Below the pieces are notes generated by a model. The model was not told the origin of the DNA. It was given only the letters and a program-made list of their open reading frames with translations, and made no database searches. DNA of 62,200 bases, counting the filler, from Basidioascus undulatus (Eukaryota), in NCBI GenBank assembly GCA_000826855.1. It is 5 parts of 5 records of this genome, joined end to end, with 100 filler letters (N's around TTAATTAATTAA, not from the genome) between each part and the next. Parts side by side here need not be neighbours in the genome. Positions count along the whole stretch, not along the records: positions 8,339 to 16,571 come from JTLS01001419.1; positions 16,672 to 45,536 come from JTLS01000142.1; 3 more parts are not named here. One strand, given 5' to 3'. Position numbers and translations under genes: made by a program. Shown piece after piece: positions 11,885 through 23,307 of this stretch (positions are counted from its first letter, which is position 1; the number at the start of each line of letters is the position of its first letter).

Positions 11885-13648
11885 CTTGGACTGTTCTCTA
11901 CCTGGTGATTTGGGATCACCTTCATTTCTTGCGCTTTCGCCTTACTCAACGCAAATACGACTCGCCGCCAAGGCTTGTTCAATGCTTTGGTCTTTGCTCT
12001 CGCCCCATTTGAACACCACACGACTGTCTTCCTTGACTCTGCCGCTTTCCTGACCAATCCATCACAGCATAGCCTCTGTTTGCTCGCCATGTATTCGTTC
12101 GAGCGGGCCCAAAACTGGCGGCAGGGCATCAATCGTCCTGGCTTCCTATCTCCTGTTCCGCTTATTGACTGGACGCTACGCGAGTAGAACTTGACTTGTG
12201 GACGCGACTTCCCGACTTCTCTCGCCTCAATATACCCGGTTGCTACCAAACCGACAGTCACGTCAGATATCCCTTAACCTTTTGGTCACGGTGCCGCCTA
12301 TCTCCTGGCCCGGGGGTCCGGCGCTTTCCGGGCCCACTATAGTCCTCTTACGTCCCGAACGACCCTGCGCACGACAGCGACTATTCGGCCCTGGAGACTA
12401 CGGGCGATGATACCCTGGTGCAGTACAGAAACTTCTATTGGAGCAATTTCTCAGAGTCAAGAGTGGGTTCATGTCTGGCCCGCGAGCCCACTTGCTTCAA
12501 CAGGCGTTCTGTGCATTGTGCCACCACGGCGACCGACACACACCCAATCTTAACCGAGGAGCAGCCCCCCTTGTTTGCAGTTCTCTTTCCCACTGCTCAT
12601 ACAGAACATAGTAAGGCACGGCGGGAGATTGAGGCACGCTGTGGAGCCGATGAAGGCATCAGGTGTCCTCACGTTGACCAGAGTGTATCTCTTGTACGGG
12701 CTCTGCTCGGTGAGCATGGTGTCCAAAACCTATCTACGCACTAGTTTGCTGACGTAGAACGAAAACTTCAAGGGCTCGCGTAATTTGAAGGCGGCCTGCC
12801 GCAAAGAAACATCCAACAAGTGTGTTTGGGATGAGGAGGGCAGGCCTGGAGGAATGGAGTCAAGTGAAAGCGTCGGGTGCCAGTTGTAATGTTCTTCCCG
12901 ACTGGGGTGGGGTATGAAGGGAGGTAGGTGACTCGGAATTTTTCCAAGAATCAGCTTTCACATACAAAGAGGATGAATAGTTGAGCAGAAACTTATGGAT
13001 CTGGGTGGGTTCAGTCCTGTGCGCTCGTGCACGGTGACTAGGACTGCGGCGCTGCCGTATCCCCCAGCTGATAACGCCTGAGACTGAGGCATGTATGCAT
13101 TCACAAGACGCGATGAAGATTGTCTCCAGCCTATCACCAAGTCTCGGTCCGGGGTTGTGCTTTGGGTCTGTTGGTCTCGTCCGTGTTTCTGTTTTTGCTT
13201 CTTCTCGATTGTTTGCCTGCTGAAGTTTAAATAAAATAACGGTGTATAAAAGTGAAAATGAGCCCAGTTGTGTACTGAAGAAGCTCGGAAAGTCCAGCAT
13301 CCGTGATTTCTCGCTTTCGCAGCCTGCACAGTTGCTTTTCGCTGCATCTCGCGCTTTCGGGACCTTAGCGGCTGGTCGGAAGAAGGCAACTTCCACTTGA
13401 GTGTATTAACCCATTTCTAGAGCCAACACATCCTCATATCAGACTGCAACTCACGAATGTTCTGCATCCACCGATTTGTTTGTTTCTTCGCTTCAGGAAC
13501 GGCATGCCTACTGACCACGACCGCGGTAGGGGTACAGGGTAGACTAGGCTCTTTGAAACGGGTCTGCGGCATTCAAATGAACACGGGCGCAACACTGCCT
13601 CTTGTCCTTCCACCGTACCCACGAAGCACGGAGCAGTTCATTCTCACC

Positions 13649-14375
13649 ATGGCCCTCCCAAGCTCAAGCCAACACCATTCCTCCTCGTGCTCCTCATCTG
13701 CGTCGATCGTGCCTCTCGCCCCAGCGAGCTGGCACAGCCTGCCAGAGCTCCTGGGTCAAGTGCTCGCCCACCTCGATCCGCCGGCGCTCGTGGCTGCTGT
13801 GCTCGTCAAAAAGCAGTGGAACACGCAGGCAATGCCCAGGCTGTACGAAGACATCCACATTGCGGCTCTGAGCGCGCTCAAGCTCTTCTATGCGGAGTAC
13901 TTTTTGGTAGACTTTGCATCGCTTGCAAGAGCTCCAACGTCACTTCAACACACGCGGCGCCTCTGCCTCACTGTCGAGCAGTCGTTTCCCCGTAGCTTGG
14001 ACGGATCCTCATCGATCACGATCGTCCCAGCAGCATTTGTGTGTTTGTCTGCGTGCCATGCCAGCCCTGTCAGCTCTGGTTATCACCCATTGGATGCTGG
14101 CGCAGCTGAATTTGTTGCCGCACACACTTGAAGACCTTTCGATCGTCCAACTCTTCAGTGTCGATGACCTCCGTTTCGTACGTCGGCACGCGAAGGACAA
14201 GGTACAGCTTAACTCGCAGCTCGAACGGGTGACAATCGGCATTCCGTGGAGGGTGGTCCCGGCGGAGTACAAGGGATACTTGAAAGGCCTACGGTCTGAG
14301 ATCCGGAACGCAAGGGCGGGCGGCGCAGCGGGAGGGGGAAGGAGGGCGGTCGAATTTGTCCCGCTGGGTGCTTAG
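13649..14375 (+). pseudogene. F-box-like gene with an apparent frameshift near 14040-14060
   Basis: N-terminal 'SLPELLGQVLAHLDPPALVAAVLVKKQWNTQAMPRLYEDI' is F-box-like. Protein-like sequence continues in another frame ('AMPALSALVITHW...LPHTLEDLSI') with no intron evident. Confidence 0.6.
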
Positions 14376-15594
14376 GTCGGGAAAGGACCGGGGTACATGA
14401 GGACTGTCGGGGGACATTCAGCGCATGTATCAAACACAAGGGCAACACCAGATTTCCTGCTGTACGCACTCAACAGAGCTTTCATGGCTTGCGTATTTCG
14501 GACGCAGCGTGGCACAGGCACGCATCGGCGTTGGAAGCTCTTCACCCGTTCATCAACGTTCACACAAATCCCTCACCCTCTTTCTTTATGGAGGGCTTAT
14601 GAGTTTTCTGGTTTACGAAGGACTAAGTCGAATATGTTTTGCAGTTCAGTACGAGCACACCTGGTGCCCACAGACATCCATCCTGAAGGCAAAGGCCTGA
14701 GCCTCAACCCACCCTCACACTCTCGCATCAACTTTTCTTGAACTTTACTTTGCAACTGGGTACATATCTCTTACAGGAGGTTCTAGTTTTCAGTGCTACT
14801 GACCATAGGCACATTCTCGACCAATGTCAGAGCTAGAGAGCAGAGTTCGCCCGAGGAAAGCTGGCTGTAGACTACGTTGAGAATCACCTCGGGAGATCAA
14901 ATCGCCTGCACTGCTGGTGCTCTTTTATCTGCTCCAGAATCGGCTTAGTCGTCCGGTTACCAGCTAATCAGCCCGATCATCAGCGTGCACTGCTTTACGC
15001 CCCTTCGGCGTCCACCCGTCTGTGCACAATGTCCGCTTCATGCTGAGGCCCCGGGCCCCACACACTGACTTCAACGTGCCACTTTCCACCTTCTGCTTCA
15101 GCTCGGGCAACATAAGCCAAAGACGAACTAGTGACGGGGTCGAAGGGGATCAAGTCAGCGCCAGCTGTTTGCTCATCGTCGTTCGCAGCCTTGCGTGCCC
15201 GAGGGACCCCAGAGAAAGTCTGTCAAAGATAAACGAGATACTTCGAGCACGATAGAATCGCTTGCGGTATAAGTCTGGTAGACAGAGATAGTCCACGCTA
15301 TGCACAATTGTCGATGGCTTGCTTCGAATCGCACGGCGTCGAACGGGACCTTCAGACTGCTCTGAATCCGCGTGTCCCACCCGCTTCGACACACCTTGAA
15401 AGAGAGCAACCACGCGTTCGAGGCTAAAAGCAATGTCGAGGGTTCTCTGCATTATTCCTGCGGATCCTCTGGCCTGCCCAACTCGAATGCGGAAGCGGAA
15501 CTGCGTTGGTCAGTGCCTCGCCATTCTATTCTAACGCTCCAGGGCATCAGTCAGCAGAAGATCACAATAAGACGGGGGCGTGAAGGCATTGGAA

Positions 15595-16571
15595 CTACTG
15601 CCATGACCTCCGGTCTCCTTCGCCTCCGCCAAAGCGTGGCCTCGACGGTGCCCGCCGGTCGTCCTCTAACCCTCCCAACACCCACTCGTCGCCCTCCCTC
15701 CTCACGAGCTCCCTCCTCTCCCTCGGCCCACTGCGCTCGAAACTCCGCCTGATCTCCCCCCTCCCCCTCCCCCCAAACTCGCTCGCCTCTCCTTCCCGTA
15801 CCCGATCCCGCGCCTCTCTCGCATCCCTCGCGTCCCATCTCCGTCTCCTCTCAACATCCTGATCCCAACCCAGCACATCCACGGTGTCCAACCCGTCCCC
15901 AGACGCCTTCCCCTCCCGCACCCGGGCCCTCCCGTGCTGGGCATCCATGTTGCTCCGCATCTCCTGCACGAGCTTGAGCCACCGCGTCCACGTCGCGCCA
16001 AGCTCGCGCGTGCGGCCCTCCCCGTCGCCGTGGACAACAGTCTGGAGAACCTGCTCGAGCGCCCACGCGAGCTTGCCCTCCCAGAACCGGCGATGCTTGT
16101 CCTCCTTCCTGCTTCCCACGGGCGCGCTCGTCGCCTGCCCACCAGACGACAGCGTGGCGAAGAACGACTCAAGCGAGTATCGGCCGAGGATGCGGAGCGC
16201 GGCCTGCATGTGGCGCTTCTCGCCCGTCGCGAGCGCGGCGTTCACGAGCGTCGCCATGAGGCGGACGTCGGGCTCGAGCCCGGCGGCCTCGAGCTGGCCG
16301 AAGAGCTTCGCGGCACGCGGCCAGTCCTTGGCGCGCCAGCAGGCGGAGATGGCCTGGTCATACGAGCGCAGGTCCGGCCGGACGGCGTTCCCCCGCCGGG
16401 AGGACATCCACGAGACGTACGCCTCCGCCTTGCCCGCCTCACCCTTCGTCGCGCACGCGAGGAGCACCGTGTACATCACGCGCGTCGTGAGCTGCTGGGA
16501 TGCTGCGGGGTCGGCGAGGACGTGGTCCGCGTGGCGGAGGACGAGCTCGGGCCGGTTCGCCGACAGCCCGA
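15595..16571 (-). CDS. Pentatricopeptide-repeat (PPR) protein, 3' part; 5' part truncated by gap
   Basis: PPR-like repeats 'MYTVLLACATKGEAGKAEAYVSWM...VRPDLRSYDQAISACWRAKDWPRAAKLFGQLEAAGLEPDVRLMATLVNA'; frame is open to the gap. Confidence 0.85.
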
Positions 16572-16671
16572 NNNNNNNNNNNNNNNNNNNNNNNNNNNNN
16601 NNNNNNNNNNNNNNNTTAATTAATTAANNNNNNNNNNNNNNNNNNNNNNNNNNNNNNNNNNNNNNNNNNNN
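16572..16671. other. Artificial contig spacer
   Basis: 44N-TTAATTAATTAA-44N. Confidence 0.97.
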
Positions 16672-16796
16672 AGCAGATCCTTCCCCCTCCCCAACCTTCT
16701 AGTGCCCCTCCCCATCCCCGTTTTTCATTTCCCCGCTCCTCCCTCGCCTCGTCCTTTCCTCGCTGAACAATATGACAACGACCCGCGGTCCCTCAG

Positions 16797-19700
16797 CGCC
16801 ATCTACACCTCCCCCATCAAAGCCCTGTCCAACCAGAAGTTCCGCGACTTCAAGACGACGTTCGACCCCTCCACCGTCGGTATCCTCACCGGCGACGTGC
16901 AAATCAACCCCGACGCGAGCTGCCTCATCATGACGACCGAGATTTTGAGATCCATGCTGTACAAGGGCGCGGACCTCATTCGCGACGTCGAGTTTGTGAT
17001 CTTTGATGAGGTGCACTATGTTAACGACGCGGAGGTGCGGCGGCTTCCTTTTCTTTTTCGAGTGTGGAGCTCGTTTGCCGGGGGTGAGGGGAGGGATGGG
17101 AGGGAGGGAGGAAGGACGCTGATTGCAGAGGGGGTGGGGGACAGAGAGGTGTCGTTTGGGAGGAGGTCATCATCATGCTCCCCGAGCACGTCAACATTAT
17201 CCTCCTCTCCGCGACGGTGCCGAACGCGAAGGAATTCGCGGACTGGGTCGGGTGCGTTTCCTCTCCCCGTTCCCTTTCCCTTCCTCATCCATTCTAAGGT
17301 CGTCGACATCTCTGCAGTCGCACCAAGCGCAAGGACATCTACGTCATCAGCACGCCCAAGCGGCCCGTCCCGCTCGAGCACCACCTCTACGCCGGGCGCG
17401 AGCTGCACAAGATTGTCGATGCGTCTGGGCAGTTCCTCGGCACGGGGTACGCCTTCCTCCCCCGTCCCACCGATTTTCCGATTCCGTCCCCGCATCTCAC
17501 TCCCCCTAATCCTTATCACGACCCCTCTTCATAGCTACAAAGAAGCCGGCGAAGCCCTCCGCAAGAAACAAGACAAAGAGCGTGAAGCGGCCGGTCTCCC
17601 GCCGATCCAGCGCACCGGCGGGCGTGGCGGAGCGCGGGGCGGCGCCCCGACCGGGCGGGGGCAGCCCTCGCGCGGTGCCTCTGCTGCGCGGGGCGTGGCC
17701 CGCAGCTACATGTCGCGCGGCGCCGGCCCGAACCGCGGCGGCGCGGCCGGGAACGGGGACCGCAACTTGTGGGTGCATCTCGTCGGGCACCTCAAAAAGA
17801 AGGACCTCTTGCCCGTCGTCATCTTCACGTTCTCTAAGCGCCGGTGCGAGGAGAATGCGGGGACGCTGGGCGGCCAGGATTTGTGTTCCGCGGCGGAGAA
17901 GAGCGAGGTGCATGTGGTTATTGAGCGGAGTCTGACAAGGCTCAAGGGTAAGTTGAGAGGGGGAGAGAGAAGGAGAAGGGTTGGTGAGGCTGATGTGTGG
18001 GTGGGACGGAAAGGCTCGGATAAGAAGTTGCCACAGATCGCGAGGATGCGGGATCTGCTGAGCCGCGGGATCGCGGTGCACCATGGCGGGCTGCTGCCAA
18101 TCGTGAAGGAGGTGCGTAAATCACTTGACCTGAGGTGGAAATCGTCTGTCAAGGACGCCGGACTGATTGCTGGGGATGGGGGAAAAGATTGTCGAGCTCT
18201 TGTTTGCGAGGGGCCTGGTCAAGGTCCTCTTCGCTACGGAGACGTTCGCCATGGTGGGTCTGCCTCTCAGTCGTACACCGCATCACGGAGTATCTGATCG
18301 AGGCGGTGAGCCGAACAGGGCGTCAACATGCCCGCGCGCTCAGTCGCCTTCTCCGGCATCCGCAAGCACGACGGGAAGTCGTTCCGCGAGCTTCTTCCTG
18401 GTGCGTTTGGAAACTTAAGCTTTGCCGGTTTAAGCGATGGGAAAGCTGAGATGGGGTGGGTGGATTTCCAGGCGAGTACACGCAGATGTCCGGGCGTGCT
18501 GGGCGGCGTGGACTCGACCCCACCGGTGTGGTGATCATTATCAGTGGGGGGGACGAGCTCCCGGAGGTGTGTCTCCGCTCTCCCGCACTTTCTGTGCCTC
18601 TGAGTCGTTGATGCTTATCCTGCTCGTGCGTGCGTGCGGCAGTACCAAACCCTACACCAGATGATCCTCGGCGTGCCGAACAAGCTCCAGTCCCAGTTCC
18701 GCCTCACGTTCAACCTCATCCTCAACCTCCTCCGCGTCGAGGCCCTCCGCGTCGAGGACATGATCAAGCGCAGCTTTTCGGAGAACGCCAGCCAGCGGCT
18801 GCTGCCCGACCAGCAGAAGCGGGTGGTGGACGTGCGTTCTTTGTCCTTCCCACCCCCCCTGTTCCATTCGCTTGCCTCGTTTTGAGGAGTAGTGAAGACC
18901 GAATGCTCATGTGGCGCGGGATTCTGTGCGGATTTTGACAGACCGAGAAGCGCCTCGCAGCGATGCCCAAGCTCGACCGCAGCTCGTGTCCGCCCGAGAT
19001 TGACGCGTTCTACGACCTCTCGGCGCGCCTGGCCGACATCAACCAGTACATCGTTGACTTTGCGCTCGGTCATCCGCAGGGGTCCAAGATCCTCGCGCCT
19101 GGGCGGGTAGTCGTTCTGCAAGACGGGGTACGTGGGTGCGATATTTGAACGGGGTAACGTCAGGATGCTGATCAAGGGGTGGCACGTTGGACGTTGGCAG
19201 CACTTCCGCGGGAACCTAGGCGTCCTACTACGACCGTCAAAGTTCTTGCCCCCGGGCGCGACGCAGACGCGCATGAAGTACTACTGGGTTATTGCCCTGG
19301 CCGATGAGCAGACAAAGTCCGGCGCGAAGGGTGAGAAAGGGAGACAGCATCGGATCGCGGAAGCAGTGCTGATGCCCTTCATTCTTTCGCCGCACAGAGG
19401 TCGACCCCGAATCTGTACCTCCGAGATGGCCGCCTGCGCTGGCGGACCAGGACGCCGACCCGCTCCTGTACGACCTCATCACCGTGCCGGCCACGAGCAT
19501 TTCGGTAGCTACGAAGTACAACTTCAAAGACGTGCGCGATGTTCCCCCCTTCTTCTCATTCCGCGACACTAAGCGCGCGCTCTCATCCGCAGGTCGACGT
19601 CTCCGGCATCGTCGACAGCCACCGCCGATCCGCCCTCCAGGCTGCCGCCGATTTCCTCAAGCCCCTCCTCGCGCAGGTCCACGCATCCGCGGCGTCGTCA

Positions 19701-20850
19701 GACGCGCCCCTCGCCGAGGTCGACTGGTCCAAGCTCCGCGGGCTCGAGTTCCAGGACGCCCTGCGCGAGCGCGACACGCTCCTGCAGCGGATGCGCCAGA
19801 TGGAGCCGAACATGCTGTATGACGAGTTTGAGCGCGACGTGCGTTCCCCTAATCTCATGATTTTGCTCGTGCGCTGTACGGGAACTTTTGGCTGATAAAG
19901 AGCTGTTGGGCGCGCCCAGTACGCTGTACTGCACTCGGAGAAGCTGCTGCACGCCAAGCTCGCGGACCTCAAGATGGCGGTGTCCGACCAGAATCTCGAG
20001 CTTCTTCCCGATTACGAGAACCGCGTGCAGGTCCTAAAGGAGCTCAAGTTCATCGATGACAACTCGACCGTTCTGCTCAAGGGCCGTGTCGCTTGCGAGG
20101 TGCCCTTCAGCATCGCTCTCTGAATGGGGCTCAAACGACTGACGCTTCCGACCCACAGATCAACTCGGCCAACGAGCTTGTCGCCACTGAGCTCATCCTC
20201 GAGAACACCCTGGCGGCGTACGAGCCGGAGGAGGTCGTCGCGCTGCTGTCCGCGTTCGTCTTCCAAGAGAAGACCGAGGTCGAGCCTATGATCCCGCCGA
20301 AGCTGGAGGAGGTGAGCGAGCTAAACGGCGTTGCTGTGGACTGGCGGCGACGCTTACGAGCGTTGCGTTTTAGGGCCGCGACACCATCTATGCTATCGCC
20401 GACCGCGTGCAGCGCGTACTCGACTATAACAAAGTTCACTCCGAGGACTTTGAGACGAAGCTGCAGTTCGGCCTCGTCGAGGTCGTATATGAATGGGCGA
20501 AGGGCATGGTCCGACTTTCTCTCTTTTCGCTTTGCGCAGCTGTCGCCAGACTGAAACAGCGTTCTGTCTCTCGCAGCCGTTCGAGCAGATCGCGTCGCTC
20601 ACTGACGTTGCGGAGGGCACCATCGTTCGCTGCATCACCCGCCTCGACCAGCTCTGCCTTGAGGTGCGCGACGCGGCGCGCGTCATCGGCGATGCGGCGC
20701 TCTTCCAGAAGATGGAGCAGTGCCAGACGATGATCAAGCGAGATAGTGCGCCGCTTTTTTTTCTGCAGTTTGGGCTTTGCGGACGACGAGTTGACTGTTC
20801 TACCTACGCGTTGATGTGCAGTCGTGTTCGCCGCGTCGCTATACGTCTGA
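16797..20850 (+). CDS. SKI2: Ski2 DExH RNA helicase (cytoplasmic exosome cofactor), multi-exon, N-terminus missing
   Basis: [59 protein letters not shown]-rich insert; [57 protein letters not shown]; ends VFAASLYV*. Confidence 0.93.
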
Positions 20851-21484
20851 CGAGACTGACTTTGCATTCGATCGATGTATGATGTTCGCCATTACATACC
20901 TGGTCATCATCAAATATCCCCGGATTGCGAGCTGTGCTTGCTCGGCGATATATGCCTTCGAAATCGGGTTCGAATACCATCCACTGAGACTAAGGCTGAA
21001 ACCGGCTCCCTGATGCGACCTTCCATGGTACCTCTCGCAGAGCCGAGATTTCAGAATTCGCCCTTACGAAGACCTTTGCTGCAGAAGCAAATTACCATCG
21101 ATGGAACAAGTTTGGGTTGCTAAGTCCAACCTTCTCATTTCCCCTTCATCGCTCGTTGCCACTATTCGGCTTCACGCCAGATCACTTGAAAAGCTTCTTG
21201 CAAACGAACATAACATTGCTACTTCTGCCACAAGCCACGGTAGCCTGCCATGCATTTTGGCAACTGCGTACCAGTCCGGTCCTGAAGCGGCTTTGAATCC
21301 GACTTCACCGTACTTGCCATTCTCCTCTTTCTCTAACCATTATACCACTTTATCCACTCAACCAATCCATCGGCGCTGCCATGTCGGAGGAACACATGAT
21401 CCCGCAGTTTCCGTATGACCATCCGTAGAGTGCTCACTCTGTCGATCGAAGCTGACCTTCAAATTCGATCACGGCAGTTCGCCA

Positions 21485-22273
21485 ATGGCTCTCACCGGCT
21501 ACGCTTGTACTCGCTGTCCGTCTCCTGTAACGAAGCACGCGTTGTCGACGTGCGGGGGCTGGAAACTCGTAACGTTTATGTATATTGTTTTTTGTTTGAA
21601 ACCGTGGCCGGCTCTCGCTGAAAACGGTGCGGTGACTGCAGACTGCTCAGGCGACTGCCAGAAGAACTGGGCTGTCCATAAAGCGGTGGTGCCGGCCCCA
21701 ACAGTCGCATTTGGCGGACTGAGAAGTAACAGCTAATTATGGACGAAATATCAGTTAAAAGCGGTCGCTTCCGTCCAATACACCAACCCGAGATGCCTCA
21801 GCGAAACGACATCCTCACGAAGAAGGTCTTCAGGATGTGACCTGACCGAGGAGAAGGTAAGGGAGATGCTCCTAGTCTCTCTCGCTCGCCACGTCCTCAC
21901 CTGCTTAGGCCCTTCCCGATCAGAGCGGCCGTCGCATGGAGTACGACGAGCAGCGGCTCCTGCGCAACGAGCCGCGCTGTCTGTACTGCCTTCTCAGCGC
22001 AGTGCGAGCTCCACACCATCAACGGCGAGCGGAGCAAGCTGGAGCGCTGCGATCGATGCCTCGGCGCCGTTCTGCGGCCCGGACCATCACGAGAAGGGCA
22101 TGCCGGCGCACGTCGAGAAGCAGGAAGATGGGTACTCTCAGGTGCGCTATCGTCGCAAAATTAATCTCCGCCGCATCGTCTCTCACTTGCATAAACGCAA
22201 AACGCAGTGCGACCTGTTCCGGCAGCTGGTGCCGGACACGCGCGTCAGATCCGTATCGAGTTGGAAGCTCTGA
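21485..22273 (+). pseudogene. Degraded MYND zinc-finger gene
   Basis: CTRC...LSTCGG(W)KLVT-YCSGDCQKNWAVHKAV is a MYND pattern with a Cys->Trp change (21560) and an apparent dead donor (TTATGT at 21576). A second finger-like stretch 'EPRCLYC...LERCDRC...FCGPDHHEK' is split over several frames. Confidence 0.65.
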
Positions 22274-23307
22274 AGTAAACCGGGGCGGGAAGTGGAATCG
22301 GAAGGTCCAGCGCGCTCGTAGCCAACACTACGAACATTCCGACACGGCACAATCCCGACTTCTCTACTGCAGGCTCATGTTCAGAAAGCGTGTTTCCCAA
22401 CTTTTATCCAATGCTCGAAATTTATTCGAAATATTGCGAGTGTGCACCTGGCTACCCACGTCTAATCGTTCGGCAGCAGCGACGCCGATGCGTTCACTCC
22501 TCCGTATCGTACATGCAACCGCTTTCACCTTACCGTTCGTACTAATCGTGTGTCTTTAAATACATTGGAATCTTCAATGCCCTGCAATAGTGCTCTTGCA
22601 GCGTAATGGCAACCCCGAGAGCACCGCGCTGCGAACCCAAACGCGTCTGAGCGAGTCGCGCCAGTTGTGTCACGCACACCCCAGTTCACCGACCCTCGAA
22701 CACTGGCTCACACGATGTCGCTCTCCGCCGATGCCCGCCGCACGATCGGCAGGGGTCTAACTATACTCAGATATTGCTCAGGAAACACAGCCTGGTCCGG
22801 CTTTCTAACACTTCCTGCCTCATAGTGAGGCACGGCGGCCGGCCCATTGCCAGTGTGTGGGCGTACCTTGTCCCTCTTTCGCACGATAGCTCCACCATGC
22901 GAAGACACCCACCGTCCCCCTCATACTATAGCGGTCCCCCGAACATACTTCTGCACGAACATCTTACGTACCTCCATCCTTTGGGCTTTCCATGGTGGAG
23001 CAGAGAATACAGCTTCTGCCCCGTTCCTCTCCTTCGAACGACCCTCGTCTTTGGCCGCTTGGGGATCGTCTCTTCCTTCTGCCGAGAGACCCTATGTTTT
23101 ATAAGTTAGGCAATTCTATCCACCCCTCGTTCTGGAGGCTCGAACGGTCGCGAGCACCCGGAAAGTGCTGCGGCCTGAGGGTGTGGCGATCTTTTAAAAG
23201 GCCCAACCAGCTCGTCAAGGTAGTCTGCATCTTCTCCTCCATCTCGTTCTTCCCTCTCATTTCTTACTTTCTGCATCAGCTTTACCTTATCCACTCCTCG
23301 CTTCTCG

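Noticed and set aside
20960..20985. GGGTTCGAATACC resembling a tRNA T-arm/B-box
   Set aside because: No acceptor stem, D-arm or anticodon arm could be folded around it.
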